Shown here one piece after another: positions 18,960 through 28,625 of a DNA stretch of 64,000 nucleotides. The notes beneath the pieces were generated by a model that was given only the letters and a program-made list of their open reading frames with translations, was not told where the DNA came from and made no database searches. A program made the translations under genes and the position numbers. Within the stretch, counting starts at the first letter, position 1. The number at the start of each line of letters is the position of its first letter. Location: positions 93,486 to 157,485 of the forward strand of contig QHSX01000041.1 of assembly GCA_003221695.1 (NCBI GenBank), written 5' to 3'. The stretch is from Candidatus Rokuibacteriota bacterium (lineage in GTDB: Bacteria > Methylomirabilota > Methylomirabilia > Rokubacteriales > CSP1-6).

Positions 18960-19544
18960 ATGGCGAGCGGTCAGGCGTCCCCTCACGTTCAGCCGGCATC
19001 TCGAGTCAAGGTCGTGCTCTCCGCCGCGGGTCTCGTCCTCCTCGCCGGCGTCGTGACCGTGGCGGCGATTCTCGAGATGAAGGCGAGTCGTGCCGTCACG
19101 TCCGAACCCCAGACGCGTGTCGCGGCGCCCGAGCCGCGACCTCCGCTCACCCGCGCAGAGGAGGCGTACGTCCGCGCGCTCTGGCCCATCCACGGGGAAG
19201 TCGAGCGCAGCTCGGTACGGATGAGCCTCGCCCAGATCTCCTACAAGACGCGCGACATGGGGACGGTGCAGCTCAAGAGCAGGGTCGACGAAGCGCTGGC
19301 GAGCTATCGCCGCGCCGAGAAGTGGCTCGGCACACTCGAGCCGCCGCCGTCGTTGCGGCGCTCCCACGACGAGTATCTGGCGGCGGTCCGCTTGTTCCAG
19401 AAGTCCGCCGTCGAGGCGCGCAGGATGTTCGACGACGGCAACGACGACCACCTCCGCGCCGCATATCCGCTCGGCCTCGCAGGGAGCAACAAGCTCCGGG
19501 AGCTGGGGGAGAGGTTCTGGCCCGAGGAGTTTCCACCCAACTAG
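18960..19544 (+). CDS. membrane-anchored hypothetical protein
   Basis: 194 aa with a single N-terminal TM helix (VVLSAAGLVLLAGVVTVAAIL) and a helical soluble domain. The stop is immediately followed by the NicO gene ATG (TAGATG). Confidence 0.5.
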   Translation: MASGQASPHVQPASRVKVVLSAAGLVLLAGVVTVAAILEMKASRAVTSEPQTRVAAPEPRPPLTRAEEAYVRALWPIHGEVERSSVRMSLAQISYKTRDMGTVQLKSRVDEALASYRRAEKWLGTLEPPPSLRRSHDEYLAAVRLFQKSAVEARRMFDDGNDDHLRAAYPLGLAGSNKLRELGERFWPEEFPPN

Positions 19545-20354
19545 ATGATCACCTTGCTCTCGCTGATCTCCCTCGGATTCTTCCTCGGCATGCGTCACGC
19601 GACCGATCCCGACCACGTCCTCGCGGTCAGCACGATCGTGACGCGACAGCGGACGCTCCGCGCGGCCCTCCTGATCGGCATCCTCTGGGGCGTCGGACAC
19701 ACGCTGACCATCGTCGTCGTGGGCGCCGCGATCATCCTGTTCAGCGTGGTCATCCCGCCCCGGCTCGGCCTGACCATGGAGATGGCGGTGGCCCTCATGC
19801 TGGTCGTGCTCGGCATGTGGAACCTGACGGGAGTCCTCCAGCGAATCCGCGAGGCGCTGACGTCTCGGGGGGCGCGCACGGGCGGACTCCACATGCATCC
19901 TCACACCCACGGCGATTATGTCCACAGTCACTCGCACGGGCACGAACCGGACGATCACGGGCACCGTGACGATCAAACCCCGCAGGCGTGGCTGGACCGG
20001 CGGCTCGGCCGTCTCGGTCTCTACCATCTTGTTCGTCCCCTCGTCGTGGGGCTGCTGCACGGGCTGGCGGGATCGGCGGCCGTCGCGCTGCTCGTTCTCG
20101 CGATCATCCAGACTCCCGGATGGGCCGTCGCGTACCTTGTGCTGTTCGGGCTCGGGACGATCGTCGGGATGATGCTGATCACCGTCGCGGTCGCCGCGCC
20201 CATGCTCTATACGGCCAGGCGGCTCTCGGGCATTGACCGGCGCCTGCGGATCGCCTCCGGTCTCCTGAGCCTCGGATTCGGGTTGTTCCTCGTGTACCAG
20301 ATCGGGTTCGTCCATGGCCTCTTCACCGGGCGCCCGAGCGGGTCTCCGGAGTGA
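19545..20354 (+). CDS. NicO/RcnA-family nickel/cobalt transporter
   Basis: Motifs GMRHATDPDHV and GxGH plus a His-rich cytoplasmic loop (HMHPHTHGDYVHSHSHGHEPDDHGH) between two three-helix halves, as in RcnA/NicO. Confidence 0.75.
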   Translation: MITLLSLISLGFFLGMRHATDPDHVLAVSTIVTRQRTLRAALLIGILWGVGHTLTIVVVGAAIILFSVVIPPRLGLTMEMAVALMLVVLGMWNLTGVLQRIREALTSRGARTGGLHMHPHTHGDYVHSHSHGHEPDDHGHRDDQTPQAWLDRRLGRLGLYHLVRPLVVGLLHGLAGSAAVALLVLAIIQTPGWAVAYLVLFGLGTIVGMMLITVAVAAPMLYTARRLSGIDRRLRIASGLLSLGFGLFLVYQIGFVHGLFTGRPSGSPE

Positions 20355-20433
20355 TGTCGCTCCGCGGCGCGGCTCGCGAAGGTCGAGGCGCGACAAGCGA
20401 GTCCCGCCTGTCGTGGCGAGCGCGCCGGCCCTG

Positions 20434-21161
20434 TCATCGGAGCGTCGCCACGAGGCGCGCGGCGTTCGTCGTCAAGACGAGACCGATCCCGACGATCACC
20501 AACGCCAGGCCGATCTGCACCCCGGCGACCCACCGGCTCGTGAGCCAGGCGAGCAGCATTCGTCCCACTCGCACCGCGACCAAGCCGACGACCACGAGGA
20601 CCGACGCGAACCCCAGACTGAAGACGAGGACGGTGAAGAGCCCGAGGAGCAGCTTGCCGCTCGCGACCGCGGCGAGCAGGATGGCCAGCGCGCCCGGATC
20701 CGGCAGCAATCCGCCGGCGACGCCGAGCCCGAGCAGGATGCCGAGTACTCGGCCGGGCGCGCGTCACCGTCTCGAGGTCGTGCGTGTGGTGTCGACCCCA
20801 CGCGTGGCGGTGCAACGGCGTACTCCCGTCGGCTTCACCCCGGGCGATCGACAGGAGGCCCCACTGGCTTCGCAACATCCAGAGACCGATGCCGACGACC
20901 AGGCATCCGGTCCCGACGGCGAGATACGCCTCGACTCGCTCCGATCAGCCAGGTGGAGCCGAGGGTCGCCAGGACGGCGACCAGCACGATCCCGCTCGTG
21001 TGCGACAGCGTGACGAACAGCCCGAGGACGAAGGCGTCGATCGGGCGTCCGCGCACGCCGACGATGTAGGACGCTGCGATGGTCTTGCCGTGCCCGGGCG
21101 TCGCGGCGTGGAGCGCTCCGAGCCAGAAGCTCGTCGCGAGGTAGAAGAGAGCCTCAGCCAT
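20434..21161 (-). pseudogene. RcnA-like nickel/cobalt efflux gene disrupted by frame changes in the His-codon-rich middle
   Basis: The N-terminal fragment (21161..20835) carries the RcnA signature LGALHAATPGHGKT. The C-terminal fragment (20709..20434) is an RcnA-like TM half in another frame. The His-rich loop (HRHAWGRHHTHD) lies in the third frame between them. Confidence 0.5.
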
Positions 21162-21170
21162 GCGTCTCGG

Positions 21171-21908
21171 TCAGCCGCGGAGATCGAGCAGCAGCGCGGC
21201 GTGGTCGCTCGGGGTCGCCGCGCGCGGTCGCGCTCGCCGCCCCCAGTCGTAGCGGACGCCTCGGAGACGCGGTTGCAGCTCGTGGTTCACGAAGGCTTGA
21301 TCGATCCGGAAGCCGTTCCCCCGGTTCGGTGAATACCAGGTATAGGCGCGCGCCCGGCCGCGCACGAGCCGGAACGCGTCGCGCCATCCGAGTCGCTCGA
21401 GGGCGTCCAGCCAGGCCTCTTCTTTCGGTCCGAACACGGGGGTCTCCTCGTCGATGCCCGGGCGGCCGGAGTTGGTGTCGCCGAGCATCAGGAGCGGGCC
21501 GCGGCGCCAGCGACCGAGCCAGGCGAGCAGTTCGGCGTAGAACAGGTCCTTGCGGCCGCTCACGCGATTCGGGACGTGCATCGCGCCCAGTGTCAGGGGG
21601 CGTGGGGCTTCGACGACGGCGGAGAGCCAGCGGCCCGGCCCCTCGGGCTCCGCTCCGAGGCGCAGTCGACGCAACGGCCAGCGCGCGGCGATGAGCAGGC
21701 GATTCGCCGCCGGCCGCGCGCGATCCGCCGTCGTGCATTGATGCCCGAGGCCGAGCGCGGCGAGGGAGCGCGCCAGCTCGAGGCTCGGCGGCGTGGCGCG
21801 AAACTCGCACAGCGCGACCGCGTCCGGCGCCCAGCCCGCGAGCTGGCGGGCGATTCGCTCGACGCGCGTCCCGCCGCCGGCCCGGATGTTCCAGAAGACG
21901 ATTCGCAT
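21171..21908 (-). CDS. endonuclease/exonuclease/phosphatase (EEP) family protein
   Basis: Trimmed to the ATG at 21908 (MRIVFWNIRAGGG...). Conserved EEP motifs WNI, GDTN, SDH. Confidence 0.7.
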   Translation of the reverse strand: MRIVFWNIRAGGGTRVERIARQLAGWAPDAVALCEFRATPPSLELARSLAALGLGHQCTTADRARPAANRLLIAARWPLRRLRLGAEPEGPGRWLSAVVEAPRPLTLGAMHVPNRVSGRKDLFYAELLAWLGRWRRGPLLMLGDTNSGRPGIDEETPVFGPKEEAWLDALERLGWRDAFRLVRGRARAYTWYSPNRGNGFRIDQAFVNHELQPRLRGVRYDWGRRARPRAATPSDHAALLLDLRG

Positions 21909-21934
21909 GCGCGGGCTCGCGTCGGCGCCGGACC

Positions 21935-22420
21935 CTACGGCTTGCGCAGCGACGTCTCCAGGAGCTCGAGCGCCGCCTTGGCGAACGCCCACATGTTCGT
22001 CTCCCGATCGCCGTGCCGGGTCTCCAGCGTGACGGCCCGCTCGACCGGCCCCGTGACCGCCAGACACGCGTGGCCCGGCGCGTCGCCGTAACGGTTGCCC
22101 GTCGGTCCGGAGGCACCCGTCTCGGCCAATCCCCACGTCGCCCCCACGAGCTCGCGGATCGTCCGCGCCTTCAGGAGCGCGTACGCCTCGGTGCTCGAGC
22201 GGATCGACTTGACCGACTCGTCCTCCACCCGCAGCAGCGCGCGCCGCGCCGCCTGCGTGTAGATCACCGCCCCGCCCAGGAAGTAGGCCGAGGCACCGGG
22301 TACGGCGAGCAGCGCGGCCGAGATCAGGCCTCCCGCCGACGATTCGGCGACCGCGATCGTCTCCTTCCGCTCCCTCAAGCGCGCCCCGAGCGAGGCGGCG
22401 ATCGTCGTCAGCTCGCCCAT
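21935..22420 (-). CDS. CinA-family protein (nicotinamide-nucleotide amidohydrolase PncC-like C-terminal domain)
   Basis: Start at the internal Met (MGELTTIAASLGARL...). The motif IAVAESSAGGLISAAL and overall CinA C-domain layout. Confidence 0.7.
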   Translation of the reverse strand: MGELTTIAASLGARLRERKETIAVAESSAGGLISAALLAVPGASAYFLGGAVIYTQAARRALLRVEDESVKSIRSSTEAYALLKARTIRELVGATWGLAETGASGPTGNRYGDAPGHACLAVTGPVERAVTLETRHGDRETNMWAFAKAALELLETSLRKP

Positions 22421-22437
22421 GGGATCCGGCTCGCGCG

Positions 22438-23754
22438 TCAGGCGCGGGCGGCCGGCGCGGAGCGGGACACCACGTCGACGGCCTCCGCGAACGCCGTGAG
22501 CGTCCGGGCTACGTCGTCGTCGCCATGGGCGAGCGTGACGTAGATCTTCGACACGCCTTTCACGACTCCCCGTCGCAGGCACTCCGCGTTGAAGGCCTTG
22601 AGGCGCGCGCCGTCCGCCGTCAGCATCGCGCGGTAGTCGGTGATCGGCCGGTCCGTGAAGACGACGTCGAAGACCGCGGTCTCCCCGATCACCTGCGCCT
22701 CCAGGCCGGACTTCCGGACGATCTCGGCCAGGCCGTCACGCAGCGCACGTCCGATCCGCTGGAGCTGCGCGTACGCGCCGGGCTTCCGCAGCTCGGCGAG
22801 CGTGGCGAGCCCCGCGACCGCGGCGATCGGGTTGCCGCTGAGCGTGCCGACCTGCGCGACGAACTCCGGCGTGCCTTCCAGCCGCGGGTCGAAGGCGCGC
22901 ATGATCTCCCGCCGGCCGCAGACCGCGGCGAGCGGGAAGCCGCCGCCGATGATCTTGCCGTAGGCGGCCAGATCGGGAACGACGCCGTAGTATTCCTGGG
23001 CGCCGCCGTAGGCGAAGCGGAACCCGGTGACGACCTCGTCGAAGATCAGCGGGATCCCGTGGCGTCGCGTGAGCGTGCGCAGCCCCTCGAGGAAGCCCCG
23101 CTGGGGCGGGATGAGCCGCTGGAACGGCTCGACGATGACCGCGGCGAGCTCGTCGGCGTACACCGCGAGGAGCGCCTCGACGGTGGCGAGGTCGTTGTAG
23201 GGGGCGATCAGCACCTCGCCCTCGAGGACGTGCGGGATGCCGGCCGAGTCCGGCGTGGCCGCGGGAAAGGCCTTCGGCGACCTCGGCGCCGCGCTCATCA
23301 GCGCGTAGTCGTGGCCGCCATGATAGCCGCCTTCGAACTTCATGATCTTGTCGCGCTTCCGATAGGCGCGCGCCACGCGAAGGGCGAAGAACGTCGCCTC
23401 GGTCCCGGTCGACGTGAAGCGCACCTGCTCGGCGCACCGCACCGCGCGGCAGAGCTCGTCGGCCAGGTTCACGATGGGCTCGTTCACGAGGAAGTAGGTG
23501 GTGCCGTGCTCGAGCGCCTCTCGCACCGCGGCGACCACCGCCGGGTGTGCGTGGCCCAGGATCAACGGGCCGGAGCCCATGAGGTAGTCGATGTACTCGC
23601 GCCCGCTCACGTCGTAGAGCTTGGATCCCGCGCCGCGCCTGACGACGAACGCGAGATCGTCCGGGAACCACGACGACCCGAGGACGCCGCCGGGCAGCGT
23701 GCGGGCCGCGGTTTCGAGCATGCGCTTCTCTTCGTCCGATCGCGAGCGGTCCAT
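22438..23754 (-). CDS. class III (PLP-dependent) aminotransferase, glutamate-1-semialdehyde 2,1-aminomutase-like
   Basis: 438 aa with GSGPLILGHAHPAVV, the FDEVVTGFR PLP-lysine region and YGKIIGGGFP, the canonical GSA-aminomutase / class III aminotransferase motifs. Confidence 0.8.
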   Translation of the reverse strand: MDRSRSDEEKRMLETAARTLPGGVLGSSWFPDDLAFVVRRGAGSKLYDVSGREYIDYLMGSGPLILGHAHPAVVAAVREALEHGTTYFLVNEPIVNLADELCRAVRCAEQVRFTSTGTEATFFALRVARAYRKRDKIMKFEGGYHGGHDYALMSAAPRSPKAFPAATPDSAGIPHVLEGEVLIAPYNDLATVEALLAVYADELAAVIVEPFQRLIPPQRGFLEGLRTLTRRHGIPLIFDEVVTGFRFAYGGAQEYYGVVPDLAAYGKIIGGGFPLAAVCGRREIMRAFDPRLEGTPEFVAQVGTLSGNPIAAVAGLATLAELRKPGAYAQLQRIGRALRDGLAEIVRKSGLEAQVIGETAVFDVVFTDRPITDYRAMLTADGARLKAFNAECLRRGVVKGVSKIYVTLAHGDDDVARTLTAFAEAVDVVSRSAPAARA

Positions 23755-23898
23755 GTCGTGTCTTCCTCCCGGGCGATCGCGCGCCCTCTCGTAGCCGCCA
23801 GCTTACAAGCTTCCGCGTGCCCGCGCGAGGCCGATCGAGTTCTTGAACCGCCCGCTCGGGCCACCTACACTGGCGCCACCCCGGCACCGGAGGGTGGC

Positions 23899-24348
23899 AT
23901 GAGAGAGCTCGTCTTCGCCCTGGAGTTCAGAGGAAGCGCGGGACCCGTGTCCGGCGGCGAGGGCAGGCGCCGGGCCAGGACGTCGGCCACGAGCCAGGTG
24001 CTTCGCACGCGGCTCGGGTCCGGCGACGTCCAGGCGACGGTCGAGCCCGCCGGCGAGGGGATCGCGGTCTTGGAGTCGGAGGTGCTGGCCACCGGAGAAG
24101 GGACGTTCGTCGAGTCGGGCACCATTAGCTACGGCGACGCAGGCCGCGTCGCGTTTCGAACGGTCGGGCAGGGCGTGACCGGGGCGAGCGCGATCGCGGG
24201 CCTGCGACACGGCGCCGTGATCTGGGAGGTGATGCGAGGCGAGGGTCGACTGGCCGGGGCCCAGGGGTTGATCACCTCGAACTTCACGGTCGGGCCCGAC
24301 GGCCAGGTCATCGATAACCACTTCGTCCGACTCTTCCTACCCTCGTAG
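23899..24348 (+). CDS. hypothetical protein (beta-rich, about 149 aa)
   Basis: ATG at 23899 is preceded by GGAGGGTGG and forms the 3' end of a long antisense ORF. Its composition is protein-like rather than the Arg/Gly-rich junk seen in the upstream antisense part. Confidence 0.35.
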   Translation: MRELVFALEFRGSAGPVSGGEGRRRARTSATSQVLRTRLGSGDVQATVEPAGEGIAVLESEVLATGEGTFVESGTISYGDAGRVAFRTVGQGVTGASAIAGLRHGAVIWEVMRGEGRLAGAQGLITSNFTVGPDGQVIDNHFVRLFLPS

Positions 24349-24365
24349 CTTCGAGGAGAACCGAC

Positions 24366-26018
24366 ATGACACGACAGTCCAGCTATTCGCGTCGGCAGTT
24401 CTTTCGCGTCGGCGCCGCCGGCGTGGCGGCCACCGTGGTCACGGCACCGCGCCGCGGCCGCGGCGTCGCCCACGCGGCCGTCCAGGGTCCGCCGCCCCTC
24501 AACACGGCGCCGCGGGTCTTGCGCAAGCCGCCACTGGACGAGCTCGGACGCATCGCGAAGTCCTACGATCTGGATCTGAGCACCGAAGACCTGGCATCCT
24601 TCCGCACCCTGATGGATGGCGTCCTCGCGTCCTACCGGCGCCTGGATCAGTTCGCGGAGCCGACGCTGCCCGTCAAGTATGCTCGCAACGCGGGCTCCCG
24701 CCCGCCCGCGTCCGAGAACCGGCTCAACGCGTGGTACTGGAAGTGCTCGATCAAGGGCGCGCCCTCGGGACCACTGGCGGGTAAGAAGATCGCGATCAAG
24801 GACAACGTGTGCGTGGCCGGGATCCCGATGATGAACGGCTCCGCCGTCCTCGAAGGGTACGTGCCCGACGTCGACGCGACGATCGTCACCCGGATCCTCG
24901 ACGCCGGCGGCGAGATCGTCGGCAAGGCCGTCTGCGAGCACCTCTGCTTCTCCGGGGGCAGCCACACCTCCGACACCGGGCCGGTGCTGAACCCGCACGA
25001 TCCGAAGCGCTCCGCCGGCGGCTCCTCGAGCGGGAGCGCGGCCCTCGTGGCCGCCGGAGAGTGCGATATGGCGATCGGTGGCGACCAGGGCGGGTCGATC
25101 CGGATCCCCAGCTCGTATTCGGGCGCCGTCGGCCACAAGCCGACGTACGGTCTCGTCCCGTACACGGGCGTCTTCCCGATCGAGCTGACGCTCGATCACA
25201 CGGGCCCCATCGCGCGCACGGCGGCCGACTGCGCCGCACTCCTCGAGGCGATCGCGGGCCCCGACGGCCTCGATCCCCGACAGTCGGGCGCGGTCCGCAC
25301 CGAGCCCTACACGAAGAAGCTCACCGGCGATGCCCGCGGCGTTCGGATCGGCATCGTGAGGGAGGGCTTCGGCTGGCCGAACTCCGAGCCCGACGTGGAC
25401 AAGATGGTGCGAGACGCTGGCGCGCGTCTCACCCGCGCTGGCGCCGCCGTGACCGAGGTCTCCGTTCCCCTGCATCGTGACGGGATTCACATCTGGAACG
25501 CGATCGCGGTCGAGGGCGCCACGATGCTGATGGTCGCCGGCAACAGCATGGGGACGAACTGGAAGGGACACTACACGACCTCGCTTCTGGACTTCTACGG
25601 CCGGAGCCGTCGGGCCCGGGCGAACGACCTCTCCGAGACGGTGAAGCTGGTGATCCTGCTCGGCCAGTACATGCAGGACAACTATCACGGCCGGTACTAC
25701 GCGAAGGCGCAGAACCTCGCCCGGGTGCTCCGGGCGGCGTATGACGAGGCCCTCGGGAGCGTCGATCTTCTCCTGATGCCGACGCTGCCCCTGAAAGCGA
25801 CGCTGCTGCCGGCACCGAACGCGAGCCGCGAGGAATACGTCGCCCGGGCGCTCGAGATGATCACGAACACCGCGCCCTTCGACGTCACCGGGCACCCCGC
25901 CGTCACGGTCCCCGCGGGGATGTCCGCGGGACTTCCCGTCGGAATGATGCTGATCGGCCGGCACTGGGAGGATGCGACGGTGCTGCGCGCCGCCGACGCC
26001 TTCCAGAAGCTCACTTAG
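24366..26018 (+). CDS. amidase-signature family amidase, Tat-exported
   Basis: Tat signal (SRRQFFRVGAAGVAATVVTAP). Amidase signature GGSSSGSAALVAAG and the Ser-cisSer-Lys triad context. Confidence 0.85.
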   Translation: MTRQSSYSRRQFFRVGAAGVAATVVTAPRRGRGVAHAAVQGPPPLNTAPRVLRKPPLDELGRIAKSYDLDLSTEDLASFRTLMDGVLASYRRLDQFAEPTLPVKYARNAGSRPPASENRLNAWYWKCSIKGAPSGPLAGKKIAIKDNVCVAGIPMMNGSAVLEGYVPDVDATIVTRILDAGGEIVGKAVCEHLCFSGGSHTSDTGPVLNPHDPKRSAGGSSSGSAALVAAGECDMAIGGDQGGSIRIPSSYSGAVGHKPTYGLVPYTGVFPIELTLDHTGPIARTAADCAALLEAIAGPDGLDPRQSGAVRTEPYTKKLTGDARGVRIGIVREGFGWPNSEPDVDKMVRDAGARLTRAGAAVTEVSVPLHRDGIHIWNAIAVEGATMLMVAGNSMGTNWKGHYTTSLLDFYGRSRRARANDLSETVKLVILLGQYMQDNYHGRYYAKAQNLARVLRAAYDEALGSVDLLLMPTLPLKATLLPAPNASREEYVARALEMITNTAPFDVTGHPAVTVPAGMSAGLPVGMMLIGRHWEDATVLRAADAFQKLT

Positions 26019-26035
26019 ATAACTCGGAGGGGGGC

Positions 26036-27739
26036 TTAGAGGCGCAGGGCGAGCCGCTTGCTGACGCGCCCGCCCTGGATGTGGTTGTTGACGTAACCCT
26101 TCGACTGGTTGCGCCCGGGATCTCCGGCGACCACGATGCCGATCCATGCGGCTCGCGGAAACACGCGCACGGGCCGGTCGGGATCGCCGGACCCCGCGTA
26201 CTCGGGCGGAAGCGCGCCGGACTCCGCCAGCGCCTTCAGGCTGAACGCCGTGCTCCCGAGATGCCACGCGTACCTCTCCACCTCGCGCGCGGGGATCGTG
26301 ACGTTCTCGTGGAGGTAGGCGCGCACGTCGTCCTTCGTCCACCCGTCGGCCGCGATGACCCGCGCGATGCTCGGGCCGATGACCAGCAGTGGCTGCCACC
26401 GCGCGTACTTCATCCCCGTGAACGACCAGTAGGCGCACGCCCGCCCGAAGACGTCGGCCAGGACCTGGACGTGGTCGAGCGCGCGCGTGCCTGCGGTGTA
26501 GATCGGCGGGCTCGAGCTCACCACGCTCTGCACCGTCACGACGCCGTCGTCCTTGGCGAACCCCTGGTCCTGCCCGAAGGTCGTCCAACCGATCTCGGCG
26601 GCCGCGTCCTCGTCCTCGGCGAGCGCCACGTTGAAGGTGGCGGCGATGCTTCCCTTGTCGCCGGCGCCCGGTGGAATGCGGAGCCCGGCGACGTTCCGGA
26701 GATAGAGACGCAAGAACCGGCCGAGGCTCGTGTTGGCCTGCCGGCCGACGCGCATGACGCCCTGGCCGCGGTTGAAATCGAGCGCCTTCGCGACGGCGCC
26801 ACTCACGATGATGAGCGGCTCCCAGCCCGGGGTCGATCCCGCGTCCTGCACCCTGAACTCCGGTTCGGCGATCGCCTCGACCACCGCGATCAGAAGGGGC
26901 ATGTACTCCGGACGGCAGCCGGCCATCACGCCGTTGACCGCGATACTCCAGACGGTGGCGGCGCGATTCTCGGGCGAGAGGGTCCCGATCACCTCGGCGG
27001 GCGACCGATCCGCGAACTCGAGAAAGCGCTCCACGCGCGGAATCGTGGGAGGGATCACCGGCAGTCCGTCGGTCCACAGGCGCGCGTAGAAGAACTCCTG
27101 GACCTGGTCGAGCGTCCCGCGAAAGACGACGTCGCGGGCGGCGGGCTCGACGGCGCGGGTCAGCGCCGTCTCCACGGGCCGCGCCAAGCCGTCGACGATC
27201 GCGTCGATGAGCCGCTCGACCTTGGCGCGCACCGTCTCGGGGCCATCGGTCATCGGCACGCCGGGATACTCGGCGATCGGGAGCGCCGGCATGCCGACGC
27301 CCTTGGCCACGACGGCGGCCTGCTCCCGGAACGGCGTGGTGACGATCGAGACGCTCGGGACACCGGCCCGCTCGGCGATCGCCGCGGCCCGCAGCACGGC
27401 GGGCGTGCAGCTCCCTCAGGCGCCGACGGCGGAGATGACGGCGTCGCAGCCGTGCTTGCGGAGCAGGGCCGGGAGGGTCGCCGCCAGCTCCGCTTCGTCG
27501 CGGCCGTGGGTCGAGCCGAGCGTCTCGTAGTCGACGAACCGAACACCGGGATAGCGCTGCGCGAGCGCGCGCCGGATGAGCGGGAAGATCTCCTCGCCCT
27601 TGAAGAGGTAATCCCACAGCTCACCGATCGTCTTGCCGGCGAGATCGGGACTGCGCGAGGCGAGCGCCGTCGGGGCGGCCGCGGACGGCGCGAGCGGCCA
27701 GACGACTTCGTAGACGGGCTCTCGATCGGCGGTCGTCAT
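26036..27739 (-). CDS. UGSC-motif selenoprotein (probable UGSC family); in-frame TGA at 27416..27418 read as selenocysteine
   Basis: Track ORFs 27416..28099 and 26036..27397 are in the same frame, separated only by a TGA and 6 codons with no start codon. The joined product reads ...HGCDAVISAVGA-U-GSCTPAVLRAAAIAERAGVPSVSIVTTPF.... Protein-like composition contrasts with the Arg/Gly-rich alternative frame. Start ATG at 27739. Confidence 0.65.
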
Positions 27740-27743
27740 GCTC

Positions 27744-28505
27744 TCACTCCCGGTAGTCCAGGCCGGCCGCGGCGAACCGCGACTTGAAGGCGGGTCGCGC
27801 CAGGAAGGCGATGAACGCGCGCGCCGCCTCCGGCACGGCACTGCGCGCGGCGAGGCCGGCCGAGTAGGTGGTGATCTTTTGCAGGTCTTTCGGCAACGGA
27901 CCCACCAGGGCGACGCCCTTGACGGGGACGATCTCGCTGATCTGGTGCGCGACCAGCTCGACCTCCCCCTTGGCGACCAGCTCCGCCGGGTAGCCCCCAG
28001 GCACGAGCCGGGTCTTCGCCTTGACCGCCTCGGCGATGCCCAGCCGCTCGAGCACGCCCGCGAAATGGATCCCGCTGGTGCCGCCCTGGGCCGGGTCAAC
28101 GTAGACGAGGGACCTCGCGGCGCGCAGGGTCTGCGTGAGGGCCTCGGGCGTGGAGATGTCGGGCTTCGGCGCGCCCTCGCGCACCGCGATGCCCATTCCC
28201 GTTCGGGCGATGTCCGTCCTGGTGCCGGGGATGACGGCCCCCTGACGCGTCATCTCGTCGATGGCGACATCGCTCATGATGACGACGTCCGCGCTCTCGC
28301 CGGCCGTCAGCTTCTGGCGGATGGCGCCGACCGTCCCGAAGGCGAGCGCCACGGTGTGCCCCGTCTCCCGACGGAACTCTTCGGCCAGATCGGTCACGAT
28401 CGCCCTCACCGCGCCCGCGCTCAGGACCCGGACCTCCGCCGCCTGGGCGTGGTCCACGCCCGCCCCCACCGCCACGGCGATCAAGAGCGCACCGAGCCTC
28501 CGCAT
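27744..28505 (-). CDS. ModA-like periplasmic substrate-binding protein (PBP2 molybdate/tungstate-binding family), no cognate permease nearby
   Basis: Start at internal Met 28505 with a signal peptide (MRRLGALLIAVAVGAGVDHAQA). Bilobal ModA-like sequence (VLSAGAVRAIVTDLAEEF..., GGTSGIHFAGVLERLGI). Confidence 0.65.
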   Translation of the reverse strand: MRRLGALLIAVAVGAGVDHAQAAEVRVLSAGAVRAIVTDLAEEFRRETGHTVALAFGTVGAIRQKLTAGESADVVIMSDVAIDEMTRQGAVIPGTRTDIARTGMGIAVREGAPKPDISTPEALTQTLRAARSLVYVDPAQGGTSGIHFAGVLERLGIAEAVKAKTRLVPGGYPAELVAKGEVELVAHQISEIVPVKGVALVGPLPKDLQKITTYSAGLAARSAVPEAARAFIAFLARPAFKSRFAAAGLDYRE

Positions 28506-28625
28506 CAGGGTCCTCCCCTTCGAGGGTACGTCGCCTTGCGCACGGCGTTGTCGACGAGAGCACCGGGCGGCGCCGACACTATCGCAAACGTTCTCGCGAC
28601 GCAATGCGGGCTCGCTGAACCCCCG

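Noticed and set aside
18911-20396. Long ORFs 18911..19969 (+) and 18957..20396 (-) overlapping the membrane protein and NicO genes
   Set aside because: Low-complexity R/G/D-rich products. The competing frames give a TM-anchored protein and a complete NicO transporter.
20709-20835. TGA immediately preceding the RcnA-like C-terminal fragment, considered as a third selenocysteine site
   Set aside because: The frame that continues through that TGA does not carry the homologous His-rich loop. The loop lies in a different frame, so two frameshifts (pseudogene or sequencing error) explain the structure better.
24129-27617. 1162-aa minus-strand ORF spanning the amidase (antisense) and the UGSC gene (same strand, other frame)
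   Set aside because: The product is overwhelmingly Arg/Gly/Asp/Pro low-complexity, as expected for an off-frame reading of about 70% GC DNA. The alternative frames encode recognisable amidase and UGSC-family proteins.
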